Made by a program: the position numbers and the translations under genes. Shown one piece after another: positions 29,501 to 36,917 of a DNA stretch of 64,000 nt; the first letter of the stretch is position 1; each line of letters opens with the position of its first letter. The stretch covers positions 5,551 through 69,550 of the forward strand of contig CAWGPW010000010.1 of the NCBI GenBank assembly GCA_963824555.1, in the 5' to 3' direction. The DNA is from an uncultured delta proteobacterium (GTDB lineage: Bacteria > Myxococcota_A > Polyangia > Fen-1088). The notes under the pieces are model-generated. The model saw only the letters and a list, made by a program, of their open reading frames with translations, did no database searches and was not told where the DNA came from.

Positions 29501-30021
29501 AGGAAGGAAAGGCCTCGGCAGATCGGCACCGCCAAGCGAACCAGCTCGGCGATCGATAGCCGGACGACCGCTGGCGGCTCGGAGGGCTCCGCGCGCATCC
29601 TGGCCGCGCCACAGTCGGTGCCCAGGGTGTCTTCCGCGGCGCGCTGCGATTGCGTATCTGCTCGCTTGGGCCAGAGCACCGAACGAAGGTTCGTACCCTC
29701 GACGATCTCCATGGCGAACCACGGCGAACCGTCGCTCAAACCTTGATCTAGAATGCGTACGATGTTCGGATGGCGCAGTCCGGCTAGAATGTGAACCTCG
29801 CGACGGAACGATGTGATCAGTCCCTGCGCTCGGGTGCGTAGGGCTTTGATCGCCACCGTCTCGCGGGTGACGGTGTGGCGAGCTCGATAGACGATCCCCA
29901 TCGCGCCGGACCCGATGGTCTCTTCCACGGCGTATGGGCCAAAATACATCCCCGCGGCCATCGCCATGGCGGGCATTGTCGTCGCTGGTGTGGCGCCCAG
30001 CAAGCAAAAAATCGGCCACAT
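26509..30021 (-). CDS. Ser/Thr kinase fused to AAA_16/STAND-like ATPase and TPR-like helical region
   Basis: IGSGAMGIVY, VAIK, HRDLKPEN, DFG, YMAPEQ; Walker A ASGAGKT; Walker B LFIIDDLQWAD; SGGNPFF; FVHDQLRDAAY; helical repeats. The true start may be a downstream Met. Confidence 0.9.
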   Translation of the reverse strand: MWPIFCLLGATPATTMPAMAMAAGMYFGPYAVEETIGSGAMGIVYRARHTVTRETVAIKALRTRAQGLITSFRREVHILAGLRHPNIVRILDQGLSDGSPWFAMEIVEGTNLRSVLWPKRADTQSQRAAEDTLGTDCGAARMRAEPSEPPAVVRLSIAELVRLAVPICRGLSFLHGCGVVHRDLKPENILIRADGTPVLADFGLVLPFGGMGRETLDLADAGSGTLAYMAPEQRFGRFVDARADLFSLGCILYESLTGVLPFGPAGFQELSPDPPPPSSAVAGLPRALDVMVMRLLTRNPQDRIGYADDVAALLQSTGGLGAWLPSTKRTTYLYRSELVGRQTVFAELAGAIDRALGGRGSKVFVTAASGAGKTRLVLEAAALASEKGMAVITGECLPLGTAEGGDRALSAPLHPVRRLLTGVADYSRAADRVVAKKLLRGRARLLAPYERMLDELAQQLRETEPLPLPHDAARARMLNALATLVLDYARERPLLFIIDDLQWADELSLDLLSSIGAPECARAPLLLLGTCRAEETTPRLERLFHEPGALHAELDRFGREEVGQMVGGMLALRTPPPELIEFLHGVSGGNPFFLAEYLRTAIAESRLERDAGGRWVLSDPHLASVATPTAISELIRRRLDGLDPKIRRIIGAAAVLGRGFDTDLLARTAELDPSDILDAYGTLRQRQIFEEDQSGVLRFVHDQLRDAAYSAMAAAEHTYWHQRAATSIEERYSGRELEPFLGALGFHLAKAGAPDRAAGYFERAADLARRTYANGDAVKLYRLAIGQVDAVSRRTAERSMGRAALHEAIGDLLLITGNAQEARDAFAAALADSPDEPSVARGRRLRKCARTWERQHQHGQALQEFAMAEEQLGDTALAERHADEWWHEWVQVQVDKTWDLYWLARVDELTELVERVRPVVEQHGIAAQRAQFFQALVHTALRRERYARLDQAIEYGRKSLAAAEQCDDPRELALARFFLAFPLLCAGQLEEAEPLFQAAVASADRIGDATLQARFLSYYAVLHRRVGRVAESRTTAERAATIAEAGGMLDYIGVSHACLAWAAWKDGGKAELERHARICLDAWAKLLPAYEYPLHWLVRMPLAAQLAADGDLGEAVQHWRALLAPTQHLLPASLRSAMEQAIEGLAPATEAAAMPSPAGIVDLATELGYL

Positions 30022-30039
30022 CTTGCTGGGCCGGACCTG

Positions 30040-30348
30040 CTATGGCGAGTGCCCATTTTCGGGGAGCGCGCCACCCGCAATGGCCAGGATCAGGGTGAGC
30101 ACGTCGCCGTCGCGCACGGCCACCGCTCGATGACTGGGTCCCAGGGTGCGGACGTCTTCGCTGCCCAGAAAGACGTTGACGAAACCGCGAAGACGCCCCT
30201 CGTCGTCGAACAGTTGACGGCGTAGGTCGTCGCTTCGGTCGCCCAGCGCTGCGAGCGCTTCCTGCACGTCATCCGCGGAGACTTCGACACTCTTGCTGCC
30301 GCCCATGAAACGACGGAGAGGCGTGGGGATAAGGATGGTGACGGGCAT
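30040..30348 (-). CDS. MoaD/ThiS/CysO-like ubiquitin-fold sulfur carrier with a 9-aa extension after Gly-Gly
   Basis: MPVTILIPTPLRRF...LRGFVNVFLGSEDVR...DGDVLTLILAIAGG|ALPENGHSP. The ATG overlaps the JAB gene stop (TAATG); GGAGG RBS. Confidence 0.9.
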   Translation of the reverse strand: MPVTILIPTPLRRFMGGSKSVEVSADDVQEALAALGDRSDDLRRQLFDDEGRLRGFVNVFLGSEDVRTLGPSHRAVAVRDGDVLTLILAIAGGALPENGHSP

Positions 30349-30806
30349 TACCGGACCTCCATGGTAGGGTGGTTGAAAGGTCGACCGGGCTCCACGCGAA
30401 CCCGGCAGAAAGGCCCGCCTCGGCCGGCCAGCGCGAACAGGCCCAAGCCTACCGCGCGTGCCTTCACGACGGAGCAGATGACATAGAGGTAGCCCGGCCA
30501 CGCTTGCTCACGGTCGCAGTCGGACGGCATGGCTTCACAATCGGGATGGCTGTGATAGTAACCCACCACCTCTTCACCGGCGTCCTGGGCCTGGCGTTCA
30601 GCAGATAGCTGAAATTCCGGTGTGACGAGGTAGCGGCAGCGCCGATCATGGCCGTGCTCATTGCGGGCCGCAATCAACCGCGTGACGCTCCATGGCACCT
30701 GTTCTCCATCGCCCAGACCCAAGAGCACGCCACAGGCCTCTGACGGATAGGCTGCCTCGGAGAGATTGAAGATCTGCGTTTGTATCGCATCGTCGAGCTC
30801 GGTCAC
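30348..30806 (-). CDS. JAB/JAMM (M67, Mec-like) metalloprotease
   Basis: YPSEACGVLLG and VVGYYHSHPDCEAMPSDCD give the complete E...HxH...S..D JAMM motif. Start approximate. Confidence 0.9.
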   Translation of the reverse strand: MTELDDAIQTQIFNLSEAAYPSEACGVLLGLGDGEQVPWSVTRLIAARNEHGHDRRCRYLVTPEFQLSAERQAQDAGEEVVGYYHSHPDCEAMPSDCDREQAWPGYLYVICSVVKARAVGLGLFALAGRGGPFCRVRVEPGRPFNHPTMEVR

Positions 30807-31036
30807 GCTTACCAAGCAAGCGCTCCCTGGAGGCGCGCAAATACGAAGCGGCAACAGCGGGCGGGATGGGGAGCTACCGGGACACTGCGCTGGAGATTGG
30901 CGTGACACGCGAGGAAGTCTGCCAGTATTTGACCCTCCTGAGGAGGTAAGTACAGCTTCCCACAATTTCGCGCCCATCTGGCCGCCAATATTGATAGCTC
31001 TACCCTGGCATCAGCTCCACACCTTGGTGACCTGGG

Positions 31037-31951
31037 TTACTTCGCAGTCACGAGTGCGGCGATGCGTTGGTTACGCGCCCTGCAAACATCCGAGTCATTG
31101 GCGGGACATAACGAAAGTTGGGCACCGTGAGCTTCGAGGCGCTCCGGATTCACCCCTGACTGAACGAGCGCCTTCCTTACCGACTCCGCTCGCTGTGCCG
31201 ACAGTTTCTTGTTTGCAGCGGCCGGTCTTCTATTGTCCGCAAAACCACCAATTTTCAACCGCACGGCGGGATAGGCCGCGAGAATGTACGCAACGTTTTC
31301 GAGCTGAGATAGCGAGCCTCGGAAGTCGAGATCCGCGCTATCGCCCTCAAACTGCAACCGATCGAAGTCGAACCAATTCGTCTTGTCGACCTTCTTGTTG
31401 GCGTCTTCAAGGAAAGCGATGAGGTGTGATTCCATGCCGTTCGCCGCGGCCTTGACCAGGTAGCCCGTGGACAGCTGGTGTTCGTAGGGGGCTTTGAAAA
31501 GCGCGGCGACCCGCTCCATGCGTGCCCGTTCGTGCGTCAGCTCGATCAGGACGTTGCTCACCTGCCCCATGTCATCTCTGGTCTTCGCGACCGTATCCTG
31601 CAAGCTGTCTACCTCGGCCTTCTTCAGGTTACGCTTTGCAGACTCAATCTTACCGGACAGCCACTTCATCCTGGCGTCAAGCACGCCCGTGACTTCATCG
31701 GCGTTGAAGTACTTCGCTCGCAACTCGGCCCCGCCCGGGACCTTGGCAGCGATGGCTTCGACATCCTTGCGCATCCCCCCCAGCGTGGCCTCGAGCTCGG
31801 TGAGCCTTGGCTGGAGCTGATCGTACGATTTGACAGTCTCGGTCAGAAGCCGCTCGGTCTTCTTCCTTTCCTGATGGCACCCGGCGGTCATCCCACCCCA
31901 GAACAGGCTCAACGCAATCAGGACCACCCCGGAACGACAGCAAATAGTCAT
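31037..31951 (-). CDS. Lipoprotein with coiled coil and OmpA-like peptidoglycan-binding domain
   Basis: Lipobox TAGC, coiled coil, WFDFDRLQFE, KIGGFADN, NKKLSAQRAESV, RARNQRI. Confidence 0.82.
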   Translation of the reverse strand: MTICCRSGVVLIALSLFWGGMTAGCHQERKKTERLLTETVKSYDQLQPRLTELEATLGGMRKDVEAIAAKVPGGAELRAKYFNADEVTGVLDARMKWLSGKIESAKRNLKKAEVDSLQDTVAKTRDDMGQVSNVLIELTHERARMERVAALFKAPYEHQLSTGYLVKAAANGMESHLIAFLEDANKKVDKTNWFDFDRLQFEGDSADLDFRGSLSQLENVAYILAAYPAVRLKIGGFADNRRPAAANKKLSAQRAESVRKALVQSGVNPERLEAHGAQLSLCPANDSDVCRARNQRIAALVTAK

Positions 31952-32393
31952 GAAGCCTCCGATGCGTGTATCTTGTGTTTTGCAGACCAGGTGTTGTCTA
32001 TCACGACCATTCTACGCGCGAGAAGGAGCCTGTTTATCACCGAATAGAGCACGAAATGGCCCATTTGCCAGCAATTGGACTGCAACATGGACGAGAATGC
32101 TCGTATTGCTCAATTGTTTGCGCCACGAGGTTGTCGCTTCAATAATGCTGCGCGGTTGCCTGGCCGCGCGGGAACCCCCGTCGGTCGCAAATGCGGAGCG
32201 CAAAGGGCCGATTATCTGGATCGCGATGCGGTGTGCGCAATTCGCGACTTTCCTGTAACGAAGTGGCCAGTCCATGCATCGTAGGGCATTGACGTCCCGG
32301 ACGCCGCAGGTTTAGCCGCACCGGACCTTTGGCCGTCGTTGCCTTGAATTACGACGATACCCGTGATCCTAGCACTATGAGAACGGAGGAGCC

Positions 32394-34184
32394 ATGCGTC
32401 CTGTTCAAAGTGTCATCGCCGTCGCGTCCGTACTGATGTTTGGTTGCTCACCACCCCAGGTCGTCCCAGACCACCCCTCGAGTGGCTCGGGCGGCAGCAC
32501 GAACCAGAACAACGGCGCAGGGAGCGGGGGCATGGCATCCGGTGCCGGAGGTGGAAGCGGAAGTGCGTCCACCGGTACCGTCTCGGGCGCTGGAGGAGGT
32601 ACGTCCGCCGGCGGCGGCGCGTCTGGGAGCGGCGGCAGTACCACCGTCGAGCTTTCCTGCGTTTCCGGCGTCCCGCCGACGTCCCAGATCCCGCGCATGA
32701 AGGATGCGGCCTATGACAACGTGGTGCGGGATCTGCTCGGGCTGACAGGTCTGTCGAGCAACGGGAACCAACCGCCATCTTCGCTCCTCGCTCCGGATTC
32801 CGATGGTGCGCTCACGGACATCGGTTGGAACGGCTACCTCTCGGCGGCGCAAGAGATTGCTGCCGAAGTCATGGCTGGCTCCAACAAGTCCAATTTCCTG
32901 AGTTGCGACCCGACCACGGACACTTCTTGCCTGACGAATACCGTCAAGTCGTTTGGGCGCAAGGCGTTTCGACGGCCACTCACGGACACAGAGGTGACGA
33001 GCTTCATGCGCCTGAACAGCCTGACTCCGGCGGGGCAGCCCCTCGAGGTCGCGGAGGCGATTCTATATGCCTTCCTCGCTTCACCCTCGTTCATCATGCT
33101 CCCTGAGCTGGCGCAGGACAAAGACAGCAATGGCAACATCAAGCTCAACAGCTACGAAGTGGCGGCGCGGCTCTCGTTCCTTCTCTGGGGCACGGTTCCT
33201 GATGACACGTTGAGCTCGGCGGCCGATTCGGGCCAGCTCACGACGAATAGCCAAATCGCCGCGCAAGCGCAGCGGATGCTGAAGAGCGACAAGGCGAAGG
33301 CGGTTGTGACGAGCTTCCTCCACTATTACGCGGGCATCGAAACGGGATCGCACTGGATCAACAACAATAGTCACGATTCGAGCAAGTATTCCAATTGGAC
33401 CGACGCTGCCTATGCCCCGGCCATGGCCGAGCTGGATGCCTTCTTCCAGGACGTGGTGCTCGGCGGCGGCATGTTCAAAGATCTCTTCCTTGGCAGCAAT
33501 GCGTTCGTCACCAAGGACACTGCTCCGCTCTACGGCCTGGACCCTTCGAGCTACGGCACGCAGGCGACGAAGGTGGCACTGGACGCGAACCAACGGCCTG
33601 GGTTCCTGACCCGGGTTGGGTTCTTGAGCACCTTCTCGAAATACGACGTCACGAGCCCGATCCTTCGCGGTGCGTTCATCAGCGGCAGGGTGCTTGGCAT
33701 CAATCCTGGAACCCCGGATCCCGCCTTCACGAGTATGTCACCTCCGCCCGGCAACTACACGACTCAGCGCCAGGCCATCGAAGCGCTGACCGCCAATCAG
33801 CCGTGCCAGGGGTGTCACGGCGTCAACATCAACCCGGCCGGGTTCGTGCTCGAGCACTACAACTCCGTCGGTAGCTGGCAGGACACGGATCCGCTTGGTG
33901 GAGCGATCGACGGGACTGCCGACGTTCGCTTCAGTGCCACGGACACGAAAACGATCACCAATCCTGTCGGGTTGATGACCGAGATCGGCAATCTTCCGGA
34001 GGCCAAGTACTACTACGCCGAACAGTGGGTGTCCTTTGCCACGGGGAGGGTGCCCAACCAGAACGACGCCTGCATCGTGAATCAGCTGAATACCAACATG
34101 GCCCAGGCCAATTATCCCGTCCTGAGCGTCGTCGCTGACTACACCCAAGCGGACTCGTTCCATCTGCGCACCGTCGGCAACTAA
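32394..34184 (+). CDS. DUF1592/DUF1588 (PSD/PSCyt) family lipoprotein with one CxxCH motif
   Basis: YDNVVRDLLG, FGRKAFRRPL, YEVAARLSFLLW, RPGFLT, TSPILRG, CQGCH, PAGFVLEHY. Confidence 0.88.
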   Translation: MRPVQSVIAVASVLMFGCSPPQVVPDHPSSGSGGSTNQNNGAGSGGMASGAGGGSGSASTGTVSGAGGGTSAGGGASGSGGSTTVELSCVSGVPPTSQIPRMKDAAYDNVVRDLLGLTGLSSNGNQPPSSLLAPDSDGALTDIGWNGYLSAAQEIAAEVMAGSNKSNFLSCDPTTDTSCLTNTVKSFGRKAFRRPLTDTEVTSFMRLNSLTPAGQPLEVAEAILYAFLASPSFIMLPELAQDKDSNGNIKLNSYEVAARLSFLLWGTVPDDTLSSAADSGQLTTNSQIAAQAQRMLKSDKAKAVVTSFLHYYAGIETGSHWINNNSHDSSKYSNWTDAAYAPAMAELDAFFQDVVLGGGMFKDLFLGSNAFVTKDTAPLYGLDPSSYGTQATKVALDANQRPGFLTRVGFLSTFSKYDVTSPILRGAFISGRVLGINPGTPDPAFTSMSPPPGNYTTQRQAIEALTANQPCQGCHGVNINPAGFVLEHYNSVGSWQDTDPLGGAIDGTADVRFSATDTKTITNPVGLMTEIGNLPEAKYYYAEQWVSFATGRVPNQNDACIVNQLNTNMAQANYPVLSVVADYTQADSFHLRTVGN

Positions 34185-34200
34185 GAGGGGAGAAGCGAAC

Positions 34201-35793
34201 ATGAGTAGGAATCTGATGAGTCGAAGACAAGTCCTCCGCGGCCTCGGAGGAGCGATTGTCGCCGCACCCTTCCTCAGCTCGGTTGCGGAGCGCTTCGCGA
34301 GGGCCCAGTCGACCACCGCAGGTCCGCCCAAGCGGCTGATTGTGTATTTCACGCACTATGGCTGCCTGACGGATCGATGGTTCCCGGCGCTATCCCATGG
34401 CCAGCTGAGCTCAGACGACTATACGAACAATCAGACGCTCTCGGCCATGGCGCCCTATGCGAGCAAGCTCCTGATGGTTCGTGGCATCCGAGCCATGAAC
34501 GAGTGGAGCTTCCAAGGGACCCTGGGGCAGACGACCGATCCGCACACGCAGGTCTGTGGATCGTACTTTACCTGTCAGCCGGTGACGCCTGACAGTGGTA
34601 AGTTCAACGCCACGCCCAGTGACCGCTCGCTCGATTTCGTATGCGCCGAACAGGTCAATCCGAGTGGGGGCGCGCCGCTTTTCATGCAGATCGGTGGCGT
34701 GGCCGGCAGCGCGAGCAACACCCAGGCGGTCATATCGTACAGCGCGGCCAACACGATCAATCCTGGCTATGGGTCGCCTCAGCAAATCTATAGCAGCCTT
34801 ACCAACCTCTTCGGCAAGGGCCCGGTGAGCTCGGATACTTACAAGGTTGCCCGCGGCAATAGCATCATCGACATCGTAAGCGACGACCTGGCCAATCTGA
34901 AAAGGGTTCCGATGAGCTCTGCAGACCAGCAGAAACTGGATGCATGGGCTCAGCTTCTCCACCAAACGACGCAGGCGGTATCGTCCCAGTGCAGCTCGGA
35001 CACTGCGACGCAGCTCGGTTTGACGAGCTCATCTGTCCAGGGGAGCGGCGGCCTCTCGGCGGACATCTCACAGGTCGGACCCATCATGATGGATCTGGCG
35101 GTGCTTACAGCCATCTGCGATGCCAACCGCGTGATCTTCATGAAGATGCCCCCGAACTACGTCTTCAAATTCCTGAATTTGACGTCCGAATCCCACGGCC
35201 TGTCCCATCGTATCGGCAGCGCCAACATGGGCGGCGCGTGCGTGAACGGTGTCATGGATATGCTGCACTCGATCGACGTGTGGTACGCACAGCAGTTCGC
35301 GTACCTGGTCGGGAAGCTCGACAGCTTCTCGGAAGGCAACGGGACTCTGCTCGACAACACCGCCACCGTCTGGTTCAACGAAATGTCGGACGGCGACAGC
35401 CACAACCTCAACAACCTGCCGATCCTCCAGGCCGGGAACTGCGGCGGCTACTTCAAGACCGGCTGGGCTATCAACGTCGACGGCGCCGCGACCAATATGA
35501 GCGTCGGGAACAGCGACGGCGACTGTCAGAACGGCTCGACGCTTCCCAACCTGGACAACGCCGGCACCATGCCGTCGACAGTGGCCTCGAAGCCCATCAA
35601 CAAGTACTTCTGCAACTTGATGAACGCCATCGGCGTCATGGCCGACAGTACGGGGTTTCCGGTAAAGGGTGGCACGCAACCGGTGACCAAGTACGGCAAG
35701 TACGACGACAGCAGCCTCTTCACTGGAGGGGGCACACAACCTGCCCAAATCAAGAGCCCGGGAGAGTACACGGAGCTGAAAGCGAGTAGCTGA
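34201..35793 (+). CDS. DUF1552 (HXXSHH) family protein with Tat-like signal
   Basis: SRRQVLRGLGG, PKRLI, HGLSH, GTLLDNT, EMSDGDSHN; sits next to its usual DUF1592 partner. Confidence 0.88.
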   Translation: MSRNLMSRRQVLRGLGGAIVAAPFLSSVAERFARAQSTTAGPPKRLIVYFTHYGCLTDRWFPALSHGQLSSDDYTNNQTLSAMAPYASKLLMVRGIRAMNEWSFQGTLGQTTDPHTQVCGSYFTCQPVTPDSGKFNATPSDRSLDFVCAEQVNPSGGAPLFMQIGGVAGSASNTQAVISYSAANTINPGYGSPQQIYSSLTNLFGKGPVSSDTYKVARGNSIIDIVSDDLANLKRVPMSSADQQKLDAWAQLLHQTTQAVSSQCSSDTATQLGLTSSSVQGSGGLSADISQVGPIMMDLAVLTAICDANRVIFMKMPPNYVFKFLNLTSESHGLSHRIGSANMGGACVNGVMDMLHSIDVWYAQQFAYLVGKLDSFSEGNGTLLDNTATVWFNEMSDGDSHNLNNLPILQAGNCGGYFKTGWAINVDGAATNMSVGNSDGDCQNGSTLPNLDNAGTMPSTVASKPINKYFCNLMNAIGVMADSTGFPVKGGTQPVTKYGKYDDSSLFTGGGTQPAQIKSPGEYTELKASS

Positions 35794-35867
35794 CCGCTGT
35801 TGGTGCCGAGTAGTTGGATCGAAAACGGGGCACGACAGCAGTGAAATGGGAACCCTGAGAGGGTTCT

Positions 35868-36779
35868 CTACTGCGGGAGCGAGGCGGCCGGGTATGCGAC
35901 GTAGCCAACGCCGAGATCGTCGACGGCGCTGGTCGTGAAGCCCCAGGTGCCGCCGGGTGGAAGGTCGGAAGGCGCGCTGCTGATCGCCGCGCCGAGGGGC
36001 CGGCCGACTCGATTCACCGGGAAGATGGTTACCGAGGGAGCGCTGACGGTCAAGCCGAGTCCATTGGTGACTTTGCCTGTGTACGCATTTCCGGCGTCGG
36101 TCGCGACGGTTTGCACATCGCTCACCGAAAGTCCGGGAATTGGAACAACACCGGGTACCGTGAAGGCGGGGAACAAGTGCCTGAGGTACCCCAGCTCGTC
36201 GATGGTCATCGAGCTCGGTAGGTCGGTCGAGGCAGTCATGGCGACCTGGCCCGGGTCGATGCACGAAATGATCGTTCCGTCGGTCAACTGATAGAGCTTT
36301 CCGCTCAGCAATACACTGCCCGAGCTGGTCACGACGTCACCAGCCTTGTCGATGAAATCGGTCGTCATGCCGGCCTCGCAGGATGGCGTATCCGACTCGT
36401 TTCGGACCGCAGCGTAGAGCTTGGGACCGGTTGCTTCCTGCATCAGCGTGAACGCCACCAGCGTCAGTCCCTGGTCCATTCCATCGCCGCTGATATTGGA
36501 AAGTCCCTCGGGCACGAAGAGCAGGTCGTCCCCGGGTTGGCCATCCATTCCGGCGAGACCGCCGGTTCCGTCCAACGCGCCAGTAGCGGTGGCGTCGCTC
36601 CTCACTGGCACACTCCCGTCCGCGCCCTCCTCGTGGCCAGGTGTGCTACGCGAGCAGGCGATGGGCAAGAGAAGAATGGCGGGAGCGACCAGAGCAACGG
36701 CGCGCATGCCGACGAGCACGAGCTTCGATTGCGTCGTAGTTTCCGAGGTGCGAGGAGCGACTCTCCTTGAGCTTGGCAT
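35868..36779 (-). CDS. Hypothetical lipoprotein with two Ig-like beta-sandwich modules
   Basis: Lipobox PIAC; two modules (LYAAVRN...IDPGQ and YTGKVTN...LPPGG) reminiscent of FxLYD-type domains. Confidence 0.6.
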   Translation of the reverse strand: MPSSRRVAPRTSETTTQSKLVLVGMRAVALVAPAILLLPIACSRSTPGHEEGADGSVPVRSDATATGALDGTGGLAGMDGQPGDDLLFVPEGLSNISGDGMDQGLTLVAFTLMQEATGPKLYAAVRNESDTPSCEAGMTTDFIDKAGDVVTSSGSVLLSGKLYQLTDGTIISCIDPGQVAMTASTDLPSSMTIDELGYLRHLFPAFTVPGVVPIPGLSVSDVQTVATDAGNAYTGKVTNGLGLTVSAPSVTIFPVNRVGRPLGAAISSAPSDLPPGGTWGFTTSAVDDLGVGYVAYPAASLPQ

Positions 36780-36917
36780 GGCGGGGCGGGTTCCTTCTCT
36801 TGTTAGAGATGGCTCGCAGTGCGCAGGTTGCAGGCGAATCGTTCCGCCGGTGCCGAGCGCTTCGACGGGGAGGGCGACGGGTCATGGGCGGGGGGGGGGG
36901 GACCCGGTCTCGTGGGC

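Noticed and set aside
30040-30806. Ubl plus JAB as a bacterial ubiquitination or CBASS/Bil-type defence system
   Set aside because: No E1, E2 or cyclase gene is present. The Ubl looks CysO/MoaD-like and TfuA is nearby, which favours sulfur transfer. Not fully excluded.
30907-30925. TGGCA...CGC as a sigma54 promoter for the JAB gene
   Set aside because: GG-to-GC spacing is 11 rather than the required 10.
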